Under the pieces are notes generated by a model, which was not told the DNA's origin, did no database searches, and saw nothing but the letters and a program-made list of their open reading frames with translations. 64,000 nt of DNA from positions 149,862 to 213,861 of the forward strand of contig JAKALS010000002.1 in NCBI GenBank assembly GCA_021813145.1, given 5' to 3'. The stretch comes from a bacterium (GTDB lineage: Bacteria > Patescibacteriota > Microgenomatia > Levybacterales > UBA12049). Made by a program: the position numbers and the translations under genes. Below, in pieces: positions 20,927-30,690 of this stretch; positions within the stretch are counted from its first letter, which is position 1, and each line of letters starts with the position of its first letter.

Positions 20927-21867
20927 GCAGTAGAAACTATTGTCTCTAAATCCGAGTATTTTGGAGAAAAATCCAATTCAGACTTAATTTTTGAAGGATC
21001 GGCAATTAATTCGTCTGCATCTCCCGGACGGCGTTGTGCAAATTTAATATTTACCTTCTCGCCCGAAACTTTTTCCACCATTTCCACCACTTCTTTATTC
21101 GAATATCCGTTTCCTGTTCCGACGTTATAAATATAATTTCCGGGTTTTTCATTAAGCCTTTTTATTGCCAAAAGATGTGCCTTGGCAAGGTCCAATACAT
21201 GGATATAATCCCGAACGCACGTCCCGTCCTTTGTTTTGTAATCATTCCCAAAAAGATTGAATTCCCGCTTTTCTAAAAGCGCTTTAATAATATTTGGAAT
21301 TATATGGCTTTCCGGTTTATGTTCTTCTCCCCTTTTTCCGTCCAAAGAAGCTCCAGCCGCATTAAAATAGCGAAGGGCTACAGTATGAAGGTTTTTTGTA
21401 ATTCCGTACCATTTCATTATTTTTTCTACCATTAGTTTACTCTCTCCGTACGGATTTTCAGGATTTGTTGGGTGATCTTCGGGAATCGGCAGCTTTACGG
21501 GGTTTCCGTAGACTCCCGCCGAGGAAGAAAATATAAAATTATCGTTTCCTGTTTTTGACATTTCTTCAAGAATTTTAAGGGAAGCAAAAACATTATTGTT
21601 AAAATAAAGCACGGGGTTTTCCATGGATTCGCCCATGGATATAAAACCGGCAAAGTGGATTACGGCATCAAATTTGTCTTTAAAAATCGATTGGACAAAT
21701 GAATCCTCCAAAAGGTTTCCCTGTAAAAACTTCGCCCTCGGGTCTACGGTTTCACGGTGGCCTCTTTCCAGACTGTCGGCAATAATAACCTCATTCCCTT
21801 CATCAAGAAGGGTTTGGGCCATAAATCCACCTATGTATCCTGCACCCCCTGTTACCAAAATTTTCAT
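20905..21867 (-). CDS. galE: UDP-glucose 4-epimerase
   Basis: TGGAGYIG, HFAG..GES..P..YF.NN, YGESK, LRYFNAAGA, DGTCVRDYIHVLDLA. Confidence 0.95.
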   Translation of the reverse strand: MKILVTGGAGYIGGFMAQTLLDEGNEVIIADSLERGHRETVDPRAKFLQGNLLEDSFVQSIFKDKFDAVIHFAGFISMGESMENPVLYFNNNVFASLKILEEMSKTGNDNFIFSSSAGVYGNPVKLPIPEDHPTNPENPYGESKLMVEKIMKWYGITKNLHTVALRYFNAAGASLDGKRGEEHKPESHIIPNIIKALLEKREFNLFGNDYKTKDGTCVRDYIHVLDLAKAHLLAIKRLNEKPGNYIYNVGTGNGYSNKEVVEMVEKVSGEKVNIKFAQRRPGDADELIADPSKIKSELDFSPKYSDLETIVSTAWKWHSK

Positions 21868-21885
21868 AGTTTTCTAATTAAAAAA

Positions 21886-22662
21886 TTAAAGTCCGAAGGA
21901 CTTAACGTACGATACCGGAAATCTTAATGCCGAAAAGAATGAAAATACAAATCCTTGCCATCCGTCTACAAAACCCTTATGTCTTAAAAATGTCGTAAAA
22001 AGCCAATGCGTGGGTTTAATAAATAGATATCCTACCGCATAAAATAATTTTTGAAAAATATTTTTACCTTTTTGCTCTTCTTTGATCTGCCCTGCAAAAA
22101 GAATGTTGTATCTATTCCATTTATTAAGATAATGGGAAAAATTTTTGTAGGGATAATGTAAAAGTGCTGACTTTAAATAGCCTACCTTTCCATCGACCTG
22201 TGCCTGCTCGTGAACATCTTTTTGGGGAAGACGCCCTTTTCCGTTTTTATAAAGCCTTAAAGTGTAATCTGGGTATTGTCCGCCCTTCATTAAAAATCTT
22301 CCCAAAAACCAGTTTTTTCTTGGCATCCAATATCCATTGTACTGACCAGAGCCGTCTTCGAGGATCTTAAGGATTTCCTCCTTCATCTCAGGGCTAACCT
22401 GCTCGTCTCCGTCTAATTGAAGTATCCAATCTTTTGTTGCCATATCTATTGCCATTTGCTTGTTTATGTGGAAGTTGGGTTTATTCGTGGTAATTTTTAT
22501 TTTTGCCCCGTATTTTTTTGCTATTTCTACGGTTTTGTCCGTCGATGTTCCATCTACTATTACTATTTCGTCTGCAAGTCCCCTTACGCTGTCAAGACAG
22601 GCGGAAAGATTAGCCTCTTCGTTATATGTTGCAAGAACCACCGAAAGGGTTTTACGAGCCAT
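21886..22662 (-). CDS. GT2, WaaE/KdtX-like beta-glycosyltransferase
   Basis: DEIVIVD, WILQLDGDE, PRKNWFLG, YPDYTLRLY, VHE, GFVDGWQG. Confidence 0.88.
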   Translation of the reverse strand: MARKTLSVVLATYNEEANLSACLDSVRGLADEIVIVDGTSTDKTVEIAKKYGAKIKITTNKPNFHINKQMAIDMATKDWILQLDGDEQVSPEMKEEILKILEDGSGQYNGYWMPRKNWFLGRFLMKGGQYPDYTLRLYKNGKGRLPQKDVHEQAQVDGKVGYLKSALLHYPYKNFSHYLNKWNRYNILFAGQIKEEQKGKNIFQKLFYAVGYLFIKPTHWLFTTFLRHKGFVDGWQGFVFSFFSALRFPVSYVKSFGL

Positions 22663-22686
22663 ACAGAGATTATAATAACAATAAAA

Positions 22687-24336
22687 TCACCTTTTTACAA
22701 ACCTGAAAGCGGCAAATCCCAAGAGAAAAATAAGGCTTACCGCGGAAATAATATCGGATATAAATCTTAACCTTGTTTCCCCATACTTTGCTTGGACTAT
22801 ATAGTTTCCGGGGGAAAGGTGAAAAGTCATTATTCCCCTGTATTGCATATTCTGAAATTGGATGTTAACAGGTACCCCGTTTGCTGTTATTGTCCAGCCG
22901 GGAAAGTATAAAGTGTTCTCGGCAAAATACGTATTTTTGGTAACCGTTACTTCGTAAACGTGTTCAACGGCAAGTCTTTTTACTTCTTTTACCGTTGCCT
23001 TACCGTCCAATACCTGCAAATGGTTTTTGGGTCTATGCTCCATAAATCTTACCGACCAGACAGGAGAACTTTCTCCTGTATCGGTAGTGCCGTTATATAT
23101 CCCGGTATAAAAACTCTCGGGCTTGATAAGATAACCTTTTGGCGCAAAATAATCCCTGCTTACAAAAACGACGATTAAAATAAAAATTAATGAAAGATAA
23201 AATATATATTTTTTGGGAAACTCGTCCATCAGGAATGCACCCAAAACGGCTGTTGAAAATACCGTAATAGCCAAAAATCTCCATGGGAATTGGAAATTCT
23301 GTAAAATCATCATCTTTGCCCACAAAAAATTTGAGACTTGAAGCATTATAAAAATTGCACCCAACGTATAGATAATCAATGACAAAACAAGAAGCCAGTT
23401 TTTATTTTTTAGCTTAATGGATTTCCAGATAAGATAAGGTGAAAAAATCAGCGCAAGCCACTGGAAAATTCCAAGCTGGAGAGTAAACTGATCATAATCC
23501 CAGGGACCGTAAATAAGTCCAGATAAAGTTGCGAATCTTCCAATATATATGTTTTTTGTAACGATATTTCGCAAAGTATATTTTCCTTCCAAAAGGCCGG
23601 GAACCCAGAAGAATGCCGAAACAGTAAAGCCTCCAATGATTAATAATAAAAGATTAATGATTAATTGCTTACGTTCTTTGGAAAGATATACCATATATAT
23701 CGAGTAGAAGAGTATAAAAGGAACGTAAATTAAAGCAATTGCATTATGTGCAAGAATTAAAAAAGCCAAAGACAAAGAGCCCCCTGCCAAATATTTATAA
23801 TCCGCCTTTTTATACAATTTATAAATGAAGAAAAGGGCAAGAGGCATAAATGCAAAAGCAAGGTTTTCCCCTATATCTCCCCTTACATATAAATCTATAA
23901 ATCTGTAAGGGGCGTATGTATATAAAAATGCCCCGAATAACGAAGCATATTTTGAAGAAAACTGCGAAAGCCATAAATACATCAAAATAAAAGAAAAAAC
24001 CATTCCTAAGCCGAATACTATTTTTGTACTATCTACGAAAGAAAAACCTACAAAATGGAAAAAAGAAGCTATATATGAAGGCAACGGATAAAGAAACTCA
24101 AGTACAGGATGTCCGTATCCCCAATTAAGGTTTGGCCCCCACCGTGGAATTATATTTCCCTGCGTAAGATTGATATAAAAATTTGCGATTCTTACAACAT
24201 GGTCCTGACCGTCATCCGTCCAGGGAAGCCCCGGATGCAACAACGAAATAACCGGCAGAATTAATAAAACGATAAATACTGCCCAAAATAAATACTTCAT
24301 TTTCATTTTATTTAGCCCCTGGAGCATAAACATCAA
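22687..24336 (-). CDS. PTPS-related membrane protein, putative GT-C glycosyltransferase
   Basis: TDDGQDH, PRW..LN.GYG.P...F.YP, YAPYR..D.YVRG..GE, FQFPWRFL, YFPGW. Confidence 0.78.
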   Translation of the reverse strand: MMFMLQGLNKMKMKYLFWAVFIVLLILPVISLLHPGLPWTDDGQDHVVRIANFYINLTQGNIIPRWGPNLNWGYGHPVLEFLYPLPSYIASFFHFVGFSFVDSTKIVFGLGMVFSFILMYLWLSQFSSKYASLFGAFLYTYAPYRFIDLYVRGDIGENLAFAFMPLALFFIYKLYKKADYKYLAGGSLSLAFLILAHNAIALIYVPFILFYSIYMVYLSKERKQLIINLLLLIIGGFTVSAFFWVPGLLEGKYTLRNIVTKNIYIGRFATLSGLIYGPWDYDQFTLQLGIFQWLALIFSPYLIWKSIKLKNKNWLLVLSLIIYTLGAIFIMLQVSNFLWAKMMILQNFQFPWRFLAITVFSTAVLGAFLMDEFPKKYIFYLSLIFILIVVFVSRDYFAPKGYLIKPESFYTGIYNGTTDTGESSPVWSVRFMEHRPKNHLQVLDGKATVKEVKRLAVEHVYEVTVTKNTYFAENTLYFPGWTITANGVPVNIQFQNMQYRGIMTFHLSPGNYIVQAKYGETRLRFISDIISAVSLIFLLGFAAFRFVKR

Positions 24337-25672
24337 CTCCCTTCAATGACCACATATAATACCAATATATATAAGATTCGGGTACACCCACCTGAAACTG
24401 TATTCTTCTTCCCTGTTCTACTGCCAGCATGGCTGTTTTTTCTCTCTTTGCAAAATTTCCTTCGTCTTTATAAGGTAAATATGTTGTAACTCCAATGTAG
24501 CAATAAACAATAAGAGTAATAACAACCAAACCTTTTGCAAAAAGATATTTAAAATTCCACACTCTGAAAATAAAATAAGAAAGGATAATCAGGACAATAA
24601 ACCTATTGATTATAAAATAATAATCGCTTATTTCTCCGCTGTAAGTAGTAAATATTATCCAGGGAACCATAAACCAAAGAAAAACAAGATAAAGAAATTT
24701 TTTACTCTCGGAGTTAAAAGATTTATAAAGATAAACCACGAAAAAGAAAGGCAATAATATTAATTTAAAGGAGGAAATCCTGTCATTTAAAAGGTAAGGG
24801 TTAAACTGAATAAGGGCATCCCCCATTATCTGTCTCATCCTTACAAGGTGAAACCCATGGAAGTAGGTAGAAAAATACGATGTCGCCGTAGAGTTTGCAG
24901 TCATATTTGTAACCGAATAAATTATATTCGGTATCAGCCAAATTATAAAAAACGGCAATCCAAAAACAATATATTTAAGGGTTTCTTTTGTTCTGGGAAA
25001 AAGAGGTAAGGAAAGAATAATAATTATTGGAAAAAATATTGCAGTAAAATGTAAATTAAAAGCAATTCCTACCATAATTGCCAAGGGAATTATTTTTTTT
25101 ACCTCCCCCAACAACACCTTATACAATAAATAAAAAATAATAAGAGATACTGCAGGAAGGATCTGAACCGGCCATTGTATTCCGTCAAAGACAATTGTAT
25201 GAAAATTAAATGTATTAATAGCAACCGCTATTATTGCCATCTCGGTAGAAAAAAGCTTCTTAACAACATAATACAAAGTGAAAAAAGTGAATAAGGCACT
25301 TACTATTGAAATAACCTGAGATGCTGCTGGGTTAAGATTAAACAGCCAATAAAAAAGCGAAATAAAATAATAATAAGCGGGGCCTATATATACTCCGCTG
25401 TTTTCCTTGGCTACCATTCCAACAAGAGGAAACCAATGGTTAAAAACTATATTTTTTGCAGCCCATGCATTGTCTACCTGGTCATATCCGAATGGAAATT
25501 TGATATTTATCTGATATGTTCTTAAAAAAAGTTCAAAAGCAAAAATTAATAGTAATATCCAAAAAGAAGGCTTCTTTAACAAAGGCTTAAACCTTAGAAC
25601 TTTTGATATAAGAACTTTTTGAATTTCTAATCTTTGATTTTTTGATTTCTTGATTTTTTTATTCTTTTCCAT
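24308..25672 (-). CDS. GT-C membrane glycosyltransferase (GT39/GT83-like)
   Basis: LFLR..F.YDQ, PLVG, GPAYYY, FNLHF; polytopic. Confidence 0.72.
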   Translation of the reverse strand: MEKNKKIKKSKNQRLEIQKVLISKVLRFKPLLKKPSFWILLLIFAFELFLRTYQINIKFPFGYDQVDNAWAAKNIVFNHWFPLVGMVAKENSGVYIGPAYYYFISLFYWLFNLNPAASQVISIVSALFTFFTLYYVVKKLFSTEMAIIAVAINTFNFHTIVFDGIQWPVQILPAVSLIIFYLLYKVLLGEVKKIIPLAIMVGIAFNLHFTAIFFPIIIILSLPLFPRTKETLKYIVFGLPFFIIWLIPNIIYSVTNMTANSTATSYFSTYFHGFHLVRMRQIMGDALIQFNPYLLNDRISSFKLILLPFFFVVYLYKSFNSESKKFLYLVFLWFMVPWIIFTTYSGEISDYYFIINRFIVLIILSYFIFRVWNFKYLFAKGLVVITLIVYCYIGVTTYLPYKDEGNFAKREKTAMLAVEQGRRIQFQVGVPESYIYWYYMWSLKGVDVYAPGAK

Positions 25673-25745
25673 AATCTATATTAAACAGTTAACGGATTAA
25701 CTCACTAACAAATTCATTAATATTTTAATACTTTAACCAGTAATC

Positions 25746-27239
25746 TTAATGAACTCTTGTCTGTACCGTTATTCCGCTAGGCAAGGTAATACTTTTTATA
25801 ATTTTACCGTCTCCAGCCCTCTGTTTCAGCCAATCCGTTAACCTTGAGGGATTCTGGTAATCAGGCTCCAAAATAAAATAAGCAAGATTTGACTGAACCG
25901 AGGGAGAATAATGATATTTTTGCGGACCATACCATAAATAAAGATATTGGTAAGTGTAATCATAAACAGGAGGAGTATAGACTACATATTTAAAATTCTT
26001 TCCGTTTGCCTGTCTGTATGTATAATCAATTACCGCCAGTTGATTCCTGTAAACAGACGCATCCCCTATCCACAATGGTCCTGTAACCGTTTTATATAAA
26101 ACAATAGGGTTAAGATTTATAAAAAAAATTACAATTGCTACTGCGGTGGGAATAAGTAAAGAAGTCTTTTTACCAAGAAGATAAAGGGAAATTGCAAAAA
26201 GCAAAACGTAAAATACGGGAACTCCTACAAGGTAATGCGGCCAGATATCATGACTGAAAAATATAGTTCCTGCTATAAACACAAAAATTACAATTAGGGA
26301 TGTGTTAATAAAATTTTTAATCGTTTTATCCGATTTTTTATAAAAAAGAACTAGACAAATAACAGTAAATAATAAACAAAGAGCTCCCAAGGCTAGATTA
26401 CCTCCCGCAAGGGTTGAATTAAACTGATCGAATAAAATTCCCAATCTGTTGAAAAACTCAAAGATCGAAAGAGAAGTTCCGGACGAAGAAGTATGGGAGA
26501 AAAAGCCGATAAATGCCTTTGTCATTAAAAACTGGTGCCTTAATTCAAAAAGAATTCGCGGAGCAAAAATTATTAACGCCCCTATAATAAAAAACAAAAT
26601 ATTTTTTAACAAGATTTTTCTCTTCATAGTAAAAATGACCGACAGCACAATTCCCGCAGAAAATAAAAGGCCAAAAACAATTTCGAGATCTATATTAAAA
26701 GCCAGAAGGATTCCTAAAAGGAAATAATAAAGTTGACTGTTCCTTTTTTCTCCTTTATAAATCTTAAAAAGTACTAAAAGAACAAAAATAACAAAAAGAG
26801 GAGCAATATTAGGATTCCAAATTTGCGAAGAAAGAGAGATAAGGTTTGGCGAAATGCTTATTAATGCTGCCATAATTAAGCCCAACAATTCTCCTCCAAG
26901 CCGTTTCCCAAAATAATATCCCAAGATAATTGAGGCAATTCCAATCAAAGCCATCAGAAATGCGATGCCTTGCGGATTTCCGGAAAAAATAATGAAAAAC
27001 GGGGTAAGTAAGTAGTACCACCATGGTCCGTAAAAAATTCCGGGAAGTCCCGTAGTTGCGCCTATTAATGGAAGCTTATGCAAATGGACTATATTCCAAA
27101 GGGCAAGCATGTCTCTTCCCACATCATAGGTAAAGGCAAATGAATTGGTGTAAACTCCCCAAAGACGCAAAAAAGCTCCGACAATAATTACCAGATACAA
27201 CAAAATTAACTCTTTTTTAAGAAACTTCTTAAAATCCAT
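25746..27239 (-). CDS. GT-C membrane glycosyltransferase (GT39/GT83-like)
   Basis: FLRL..FTYDVGRD, PLIG, GPWWYY, WNPN. Confidence 0.75.
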   Translation of the reverse strand: MDFKKFLKKELILLYLVIIVGAFLRLWGVYTNSFAFTYDVGRDMLALWNIVHLHKLPLIGATTGLPGIFYGPWWYYLLTPFFIIFSGNPQGIAFLMALIGIASIILGYYFGKRLGGELLGLIMAALISISPNLISLSSQIWNPNIAPLFVIFVLLVLFKIYKGEKRNSQLYYFLLGILLAFNIDLEIVFGLLFSAGIVLSVIFTMKRKILLKNILFFIIGALIIFAPRILFELRHQFLMTKAFIGFFSHTSSSGTSLSIFEFFNRLGILFDQFNSTLAGGNLALGALCLLFTVICLVLFYKKSDKTIKNFINTSLIVIFVFIAGTIFFSHDIWPHYLVGVPVFYVLLFAISLYLLGKKTSLLIPTAVAIVIFFINLNPIVLYKTVTGPLWIGDASVYRNQLAVIDYTYRQANGKNFKYVVYTPPVYDYTYQYLYLWYGPQKYHYSPSVQSNLAYFILEPDYQNPSRLTDWLKQRAGDGKIIKSITLPSGITVQTRVH

Positions 27240-27247
27240 AAATTAGT

Positions 27248-28987
27248 TCAAGTTCCTGCTATTCTTATTGCTGGTGTTCCGTTTAGGTTATAAATTGTTT
27301 TAGAAGCCGCGCTTTGGGGAATCTCCTGCGGAGTACCGATAAAGAGTATTCCTTTTTGTTTAGACTCTTGCGCCCAATTTATGGGTTTAAATACGTATTT
27401 ACCGAAACTGTGATGGGATGCAAAACCTCCCGAGCTTGTCTCTCCCACCTTTTGATAAAGGGCGGGCGGATATTTTAGATAGAACAGGAAGAACATATAG
27501 GATTTATCCATGGGCTGGTTGTCTGATACTCTTATTTCCTTATAATTGTTGCCTACAAGTTTTGCCTCTTCAACAGCCTGCTGGTAACCGTACTGCCAAT
27601 CCTGAGAAGTATAGTAATTAAGCTGAACAAAATACTGGTCAAGATAATAAATAAAATTAAGAGTGGCAAGTAGTATGAATAAAGTATAAAGCACCGGCTT
27701 AAAGTAAGCTAAATATTTAATACCTGATACTTTATACTGTTTAATCAGCAGGTACCCGCTGATTAAACCCAGGGCCGAAAGGATTTGCCAGGTGGGAAGA
27801 AAATTAAGGGTTCTTACCGCGTGAGGAACTCCGCTTGTAATAGAAGCCGGGACAGGCGCTAATAACATCCAGCCAAAAACCGTAAGCTTCGTCTTTCTGT
27901 CAAAAGGTCCGAATAGAAGCATGTAAATACCAAGAAGTATTAAAGGAAGCTCAAACAGATATATTAATCCCATATTTGGGGCATGGTGCCTTGATATATC
28001 GCCCGTAACAAAAAGCCAGTTGGGGTCAAAATGGACAATGTACCCCGAAATAATAGCTTTTGCGTACGTGATCCTTCTGTTATCTACTATTAATCCCAAG
28101 ATGTCGTGATTTGCTATGTCCCTTTGCAGTTTAGGTATGTCGTTGGAAAGAAGAACCGTCTGATGGGAAAATACGCTTGTCCCCGTAACCCTTAAAAGGG
28201 CCGCTCTATTTGTTAATATGAATACCACCATGGGAGTTACAACAATAAGCCCGAATATTACAACCGAAACTATATATTTTTTAGGAATCGAAAATAGTTG
28301 TTTACGGTATATAAGAGCAAGCGCCAAAACAAGAAGAGGTGTAAAAACTTTTTCGCTCTGGTAAACATAAATATCAAGGCCCGCAAAGAAAGCCGAAAGG
28401 AATAACATCCAACGGTTTTTTAAGCCCTTGATAAAAAACAAAGCCGTAAAAATATTAAAGGCATCCCCCGTATTTGCCTCAAATCCTACTCTTGAAAATT
28501 GTATAGACCAGGGAGAAATCGCCATGAACCCTGCCGAAAGCAAAGCTAATAGGTCGATATTTAGGACTTTGTATTTGGTGAATAGGGTTCCTTTTTCCTC
28601 TTCCTCTCCGGCTTTAAGTCCTACTTTTTCAGTCTTGCTTACCGAAAAGAGTTCTTTAACCAGGAAATACGTGGCTAAAACCGCAAGTGTTCCGAATATT
28701 GCAGACGGAAGACGGACGGCAAAAACATTAAGACCGAATATAAAAACCGTAGGTATTGCAAGATAAGCATAGAGGGCAGGTTTATAATCGTCAAAAGACC
28801 TAAGAACTACAGGCAAGAATTTCCCGAATTCGTCTCTTCCGGTGTGGATTATGGAATAGGCATCATACCCCAAGGCAACTTCATCCCAATCGGGAGAGGG
28901 AGGAACGTGTCCCAGCATCCAAAGCCTAAGGACTGCAGCCAAAATGACAATTCCCGCTAATATTAACCAAACAAGTTTCCTATTCAT
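27248..28987 (-). CDS. GT-C membrane glycosyltransferase (GT39/GT83, ArnT/PMT-like)
   Basis: LRLW..PPSPDWDE..GYDAYSI..TGRDEFG, FDDYKP, AVRLPSA, ISPW..FSR..FEAN. Confidence 0.82.
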   Translation of the reverse strand: MNRKLVWLILAGIVILAAVLRLWMLGHVPPSPDWDEVALGYDAYSIIHTGRDEFGKFLPVVLRSFDDYKPALYAYLAIPTVFIFGLNVFAVRLPSAIFGTLAVLATYFLVKELFSVSKTEKVGLKAGEEEEKGTLFTKYKVLNIDLLALLSAGFMAISPWSIQFSRVGFEANTGDAFNIFTALFFIKGLKNRWMLFLSAFFAGLDIYVYQSEKVFTPLLVLALALIYRKQLFSIPKKYIVSVVIFGLIVVTPMVVFILTNRAALLRVTGTSVFSHQTVLLSNDIPKLQRDIANHDILGLIVDNRRITYAKAIISGYIVHFDPNWLFVTGDISRHHAPNMGLIYLFELPLILLGIYMLLFGPFDRKTKLTVFGWMLLAPVPASITSGVPHAVRTLNFLPTWQILSALGLISGYLLIKQYKVSGIKYLAYFKPVLYTLFILLATLNFIYYLDQYFVQLNYYTSQDWQYGYQQAVEEAKLVGNNYKEIRVSDNQPMDKSYMFFLFYLKYPPALYQKVGETSSGGFASHHSFGKYVFKPINWAQESKQKGILFIGTPQEIPQSAASKTIYNLNGTPAIRIAGT

Positions 28988-28992
28988 AACCT

Positions 28993-30690
28993 CTATATGG
29001 TATACGCTACCAGCGCCGGCTGGCCGTCAAGCAAATAAAATGTTTTTTGAATTTTGATATTTTTCGGCAAATTATAAGGCGTATTTATATATAAGACTTT
29101 CTTTGTTTTGCTTAAATTATAGTTATAATTCTCCGGAAAAAGGTATTTGCCAAAACCCAGGATTGTTACAAATCCGAATGCATCTCTATGGATTATTGCG
29201 GTTTTTCTATAAACCTCGGGATTTGTTTTTGTATAAAAAAGATAATATATATAAGGTCTTCCCAAAGCATGCGTCATCTGTATGTAATCGTATTTGTTTT
29301 GCACCGACATTACATAATCTATAGATTGCTTATAGCCGTACTGCCATTCTCCGGAATATTCATAAGGATATTGATAAAAATATTCATGATAAAAGTAAAC
29401 AAAGTTCATAAAAAGTAAAACAAATAATACAACCGGTAAAAGAATTCCCATATTAAAGCTATATATTTTAAGTTTTAGGTCTTGCCTTTTTGTCCAGTCC
29501 AAAAAGGCAGCAAACCCGTAAGCCGTAAAAATCTGGAATGTTGGAAGAGTTGCCTCTATTCTTAGCGCATGAGGTGTCTGCTGTGCTGTTGCAGCGGGAA
29601 TTATTCCTACTAAAAGCCACAAGGGAACAAGCCACCAATTTCCCTCTTTTTTCCTTAACAAAAGAAGAATTCCCCCCACAAAAAATACGATATCCCAGAT
29701 ATACATCTGTCCGGTACTTTGAGTGGAAAACTTAGGATTACCGTCGCCTTTTATAAACAAGAACGAAGGGCTCAGGTTATCGAAATAATGCTGGGCAAAA
29801 TCCACAGAATATAAAAGCCTTCTGTTATGGATTATCTTTGACCAAAAAGCATTATTATCGTTAGCGATTTCCTGATTTGCAGTTTTGACTACATTTATGT
29901 CGCTGAATATATTTACTTCTTGAAACCTTAGTCCCGCTTGCGGAGTTAGCAAAAATCTGAATGTCGGAAGAAAGATAATAATTCCAACAACGGCCGATAT
30001 TATAGCCACTTTTTTCATCTTCCATAGTTTTTTCCAAAATGCCAGAGCCAGCAAAATTACCAAAAGCGGGGATACTATCCTTTCGGTATTAAAGGTATAC
30101 ATGGTAAGGGTAAAAGAAATAGCGGAAACAACAAGAAGCCACCTCTCGTAGCTTCTACGTCCGCTCAACTCTGCAGCTTGAACGGACGCAAGAAATGCCC
30201 ACACTCCCAATACAACAAAAAATGAAGCGACATTTGCTTCAAAAGCCGCACGCGAAAGCATAATGTGCCAGGGGGAAATAGCTAAAAATAAAGCAGCCAA
30301 AATACCTATAACATTTCTATTTTTTGAGGTATTAAATATTCTTCGGACAAGAAAGAAGGTAAGAAGGACCGTAAGGGTTCCGAAGAATGCCGAAGGGAAT
30401 CTTGTCGCGGTTTCGTTTAAACCTAAAATCTTAACGGGCAAAACATCAAGATATGCATACAAAGGAGGTTTAAAATCCCCGAAAGACTCCAGATAATCGT
30501 GAGGTAAAAATCTTCCGAATTCGTCTTTGCCGTTTACTCCCAAAGAATATGCATTATATCCCCAGGCTGCTTCGTCCCATGTCAAAGAAGGAGGATTACT
30601 CCCCAATTGATAAAATCTTAAAAATGCTGCGAGTAAAACTATCAGGAGCAATAATAGTTTCCAGTTAAATAATTTACGTACTACTAACAT
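28993..30690 (-). CDS. GT-C membrane glycosyltransferase (GT39/GT83, ArnT/PMT-like)
   Basis: LRFY..PPSLTWDEAAWGYNAYS..GKDEFG, FGDFKPP, ISPWH..SRAAFEAN. Confidence 0.82.
   Translation of the reverse strand: MLVVRKLFNWKLLLLLIVLLAAFLRFYQLGSNPPSLTWDEAAWGYNAYSLGVNGKDEFGRFLPHDYLESFGDFKPPLYAYLDVLPVKILGLNETATRFPSAFFGTLTVLLTFFLVRRIFNTSKNRNVIGILAALFLAISPWHIMLSRAAFEANVASFFVVLGVWAFLASVQAAELSGRRSYERWLLVVSAISFTLTMYTFNTERIVSPLLVILLALAFWKKLWKMKKVAIISAVVGIIIFLPTFRFLLTPQAGLRFQEVNIFSDINVVKTANQEIANDNNAFWSKIIHNRRLLYSVDFAQHYFDNLSPSFLFIKGDGNPKFSTQSTGQMYIWDIVFFVGGILLLLRKKEGNWWLVPLWLLVGIIPAATAQQTPHALRIEATLPTFQIFTAYGFAAFLDWTKRQDLKLKIYSFNMGILLPVVLFVLLFMNFVYFYHEYFYQYPYEYSGEWQYGYKQSIDYVMSVQNKYDYIQMTHALGRPYIYYLFYTKTNPEVYRKTAIIHRDAFGFVTILGFGKYLFPENYNYNLSKTKKVLYINTPYNLPKNIKIQKTFYLLDGQPALVAYTI

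Noticed and set aside
22687-24336. Literal 6-pyruvoyl-tetrahydropterin synthase function for the PTPS-related proteins
   Set aside because: They are polytopic membrane proteins with no T-fold catalytic motifs; the family name is historical and context favours glycosyltransfer.
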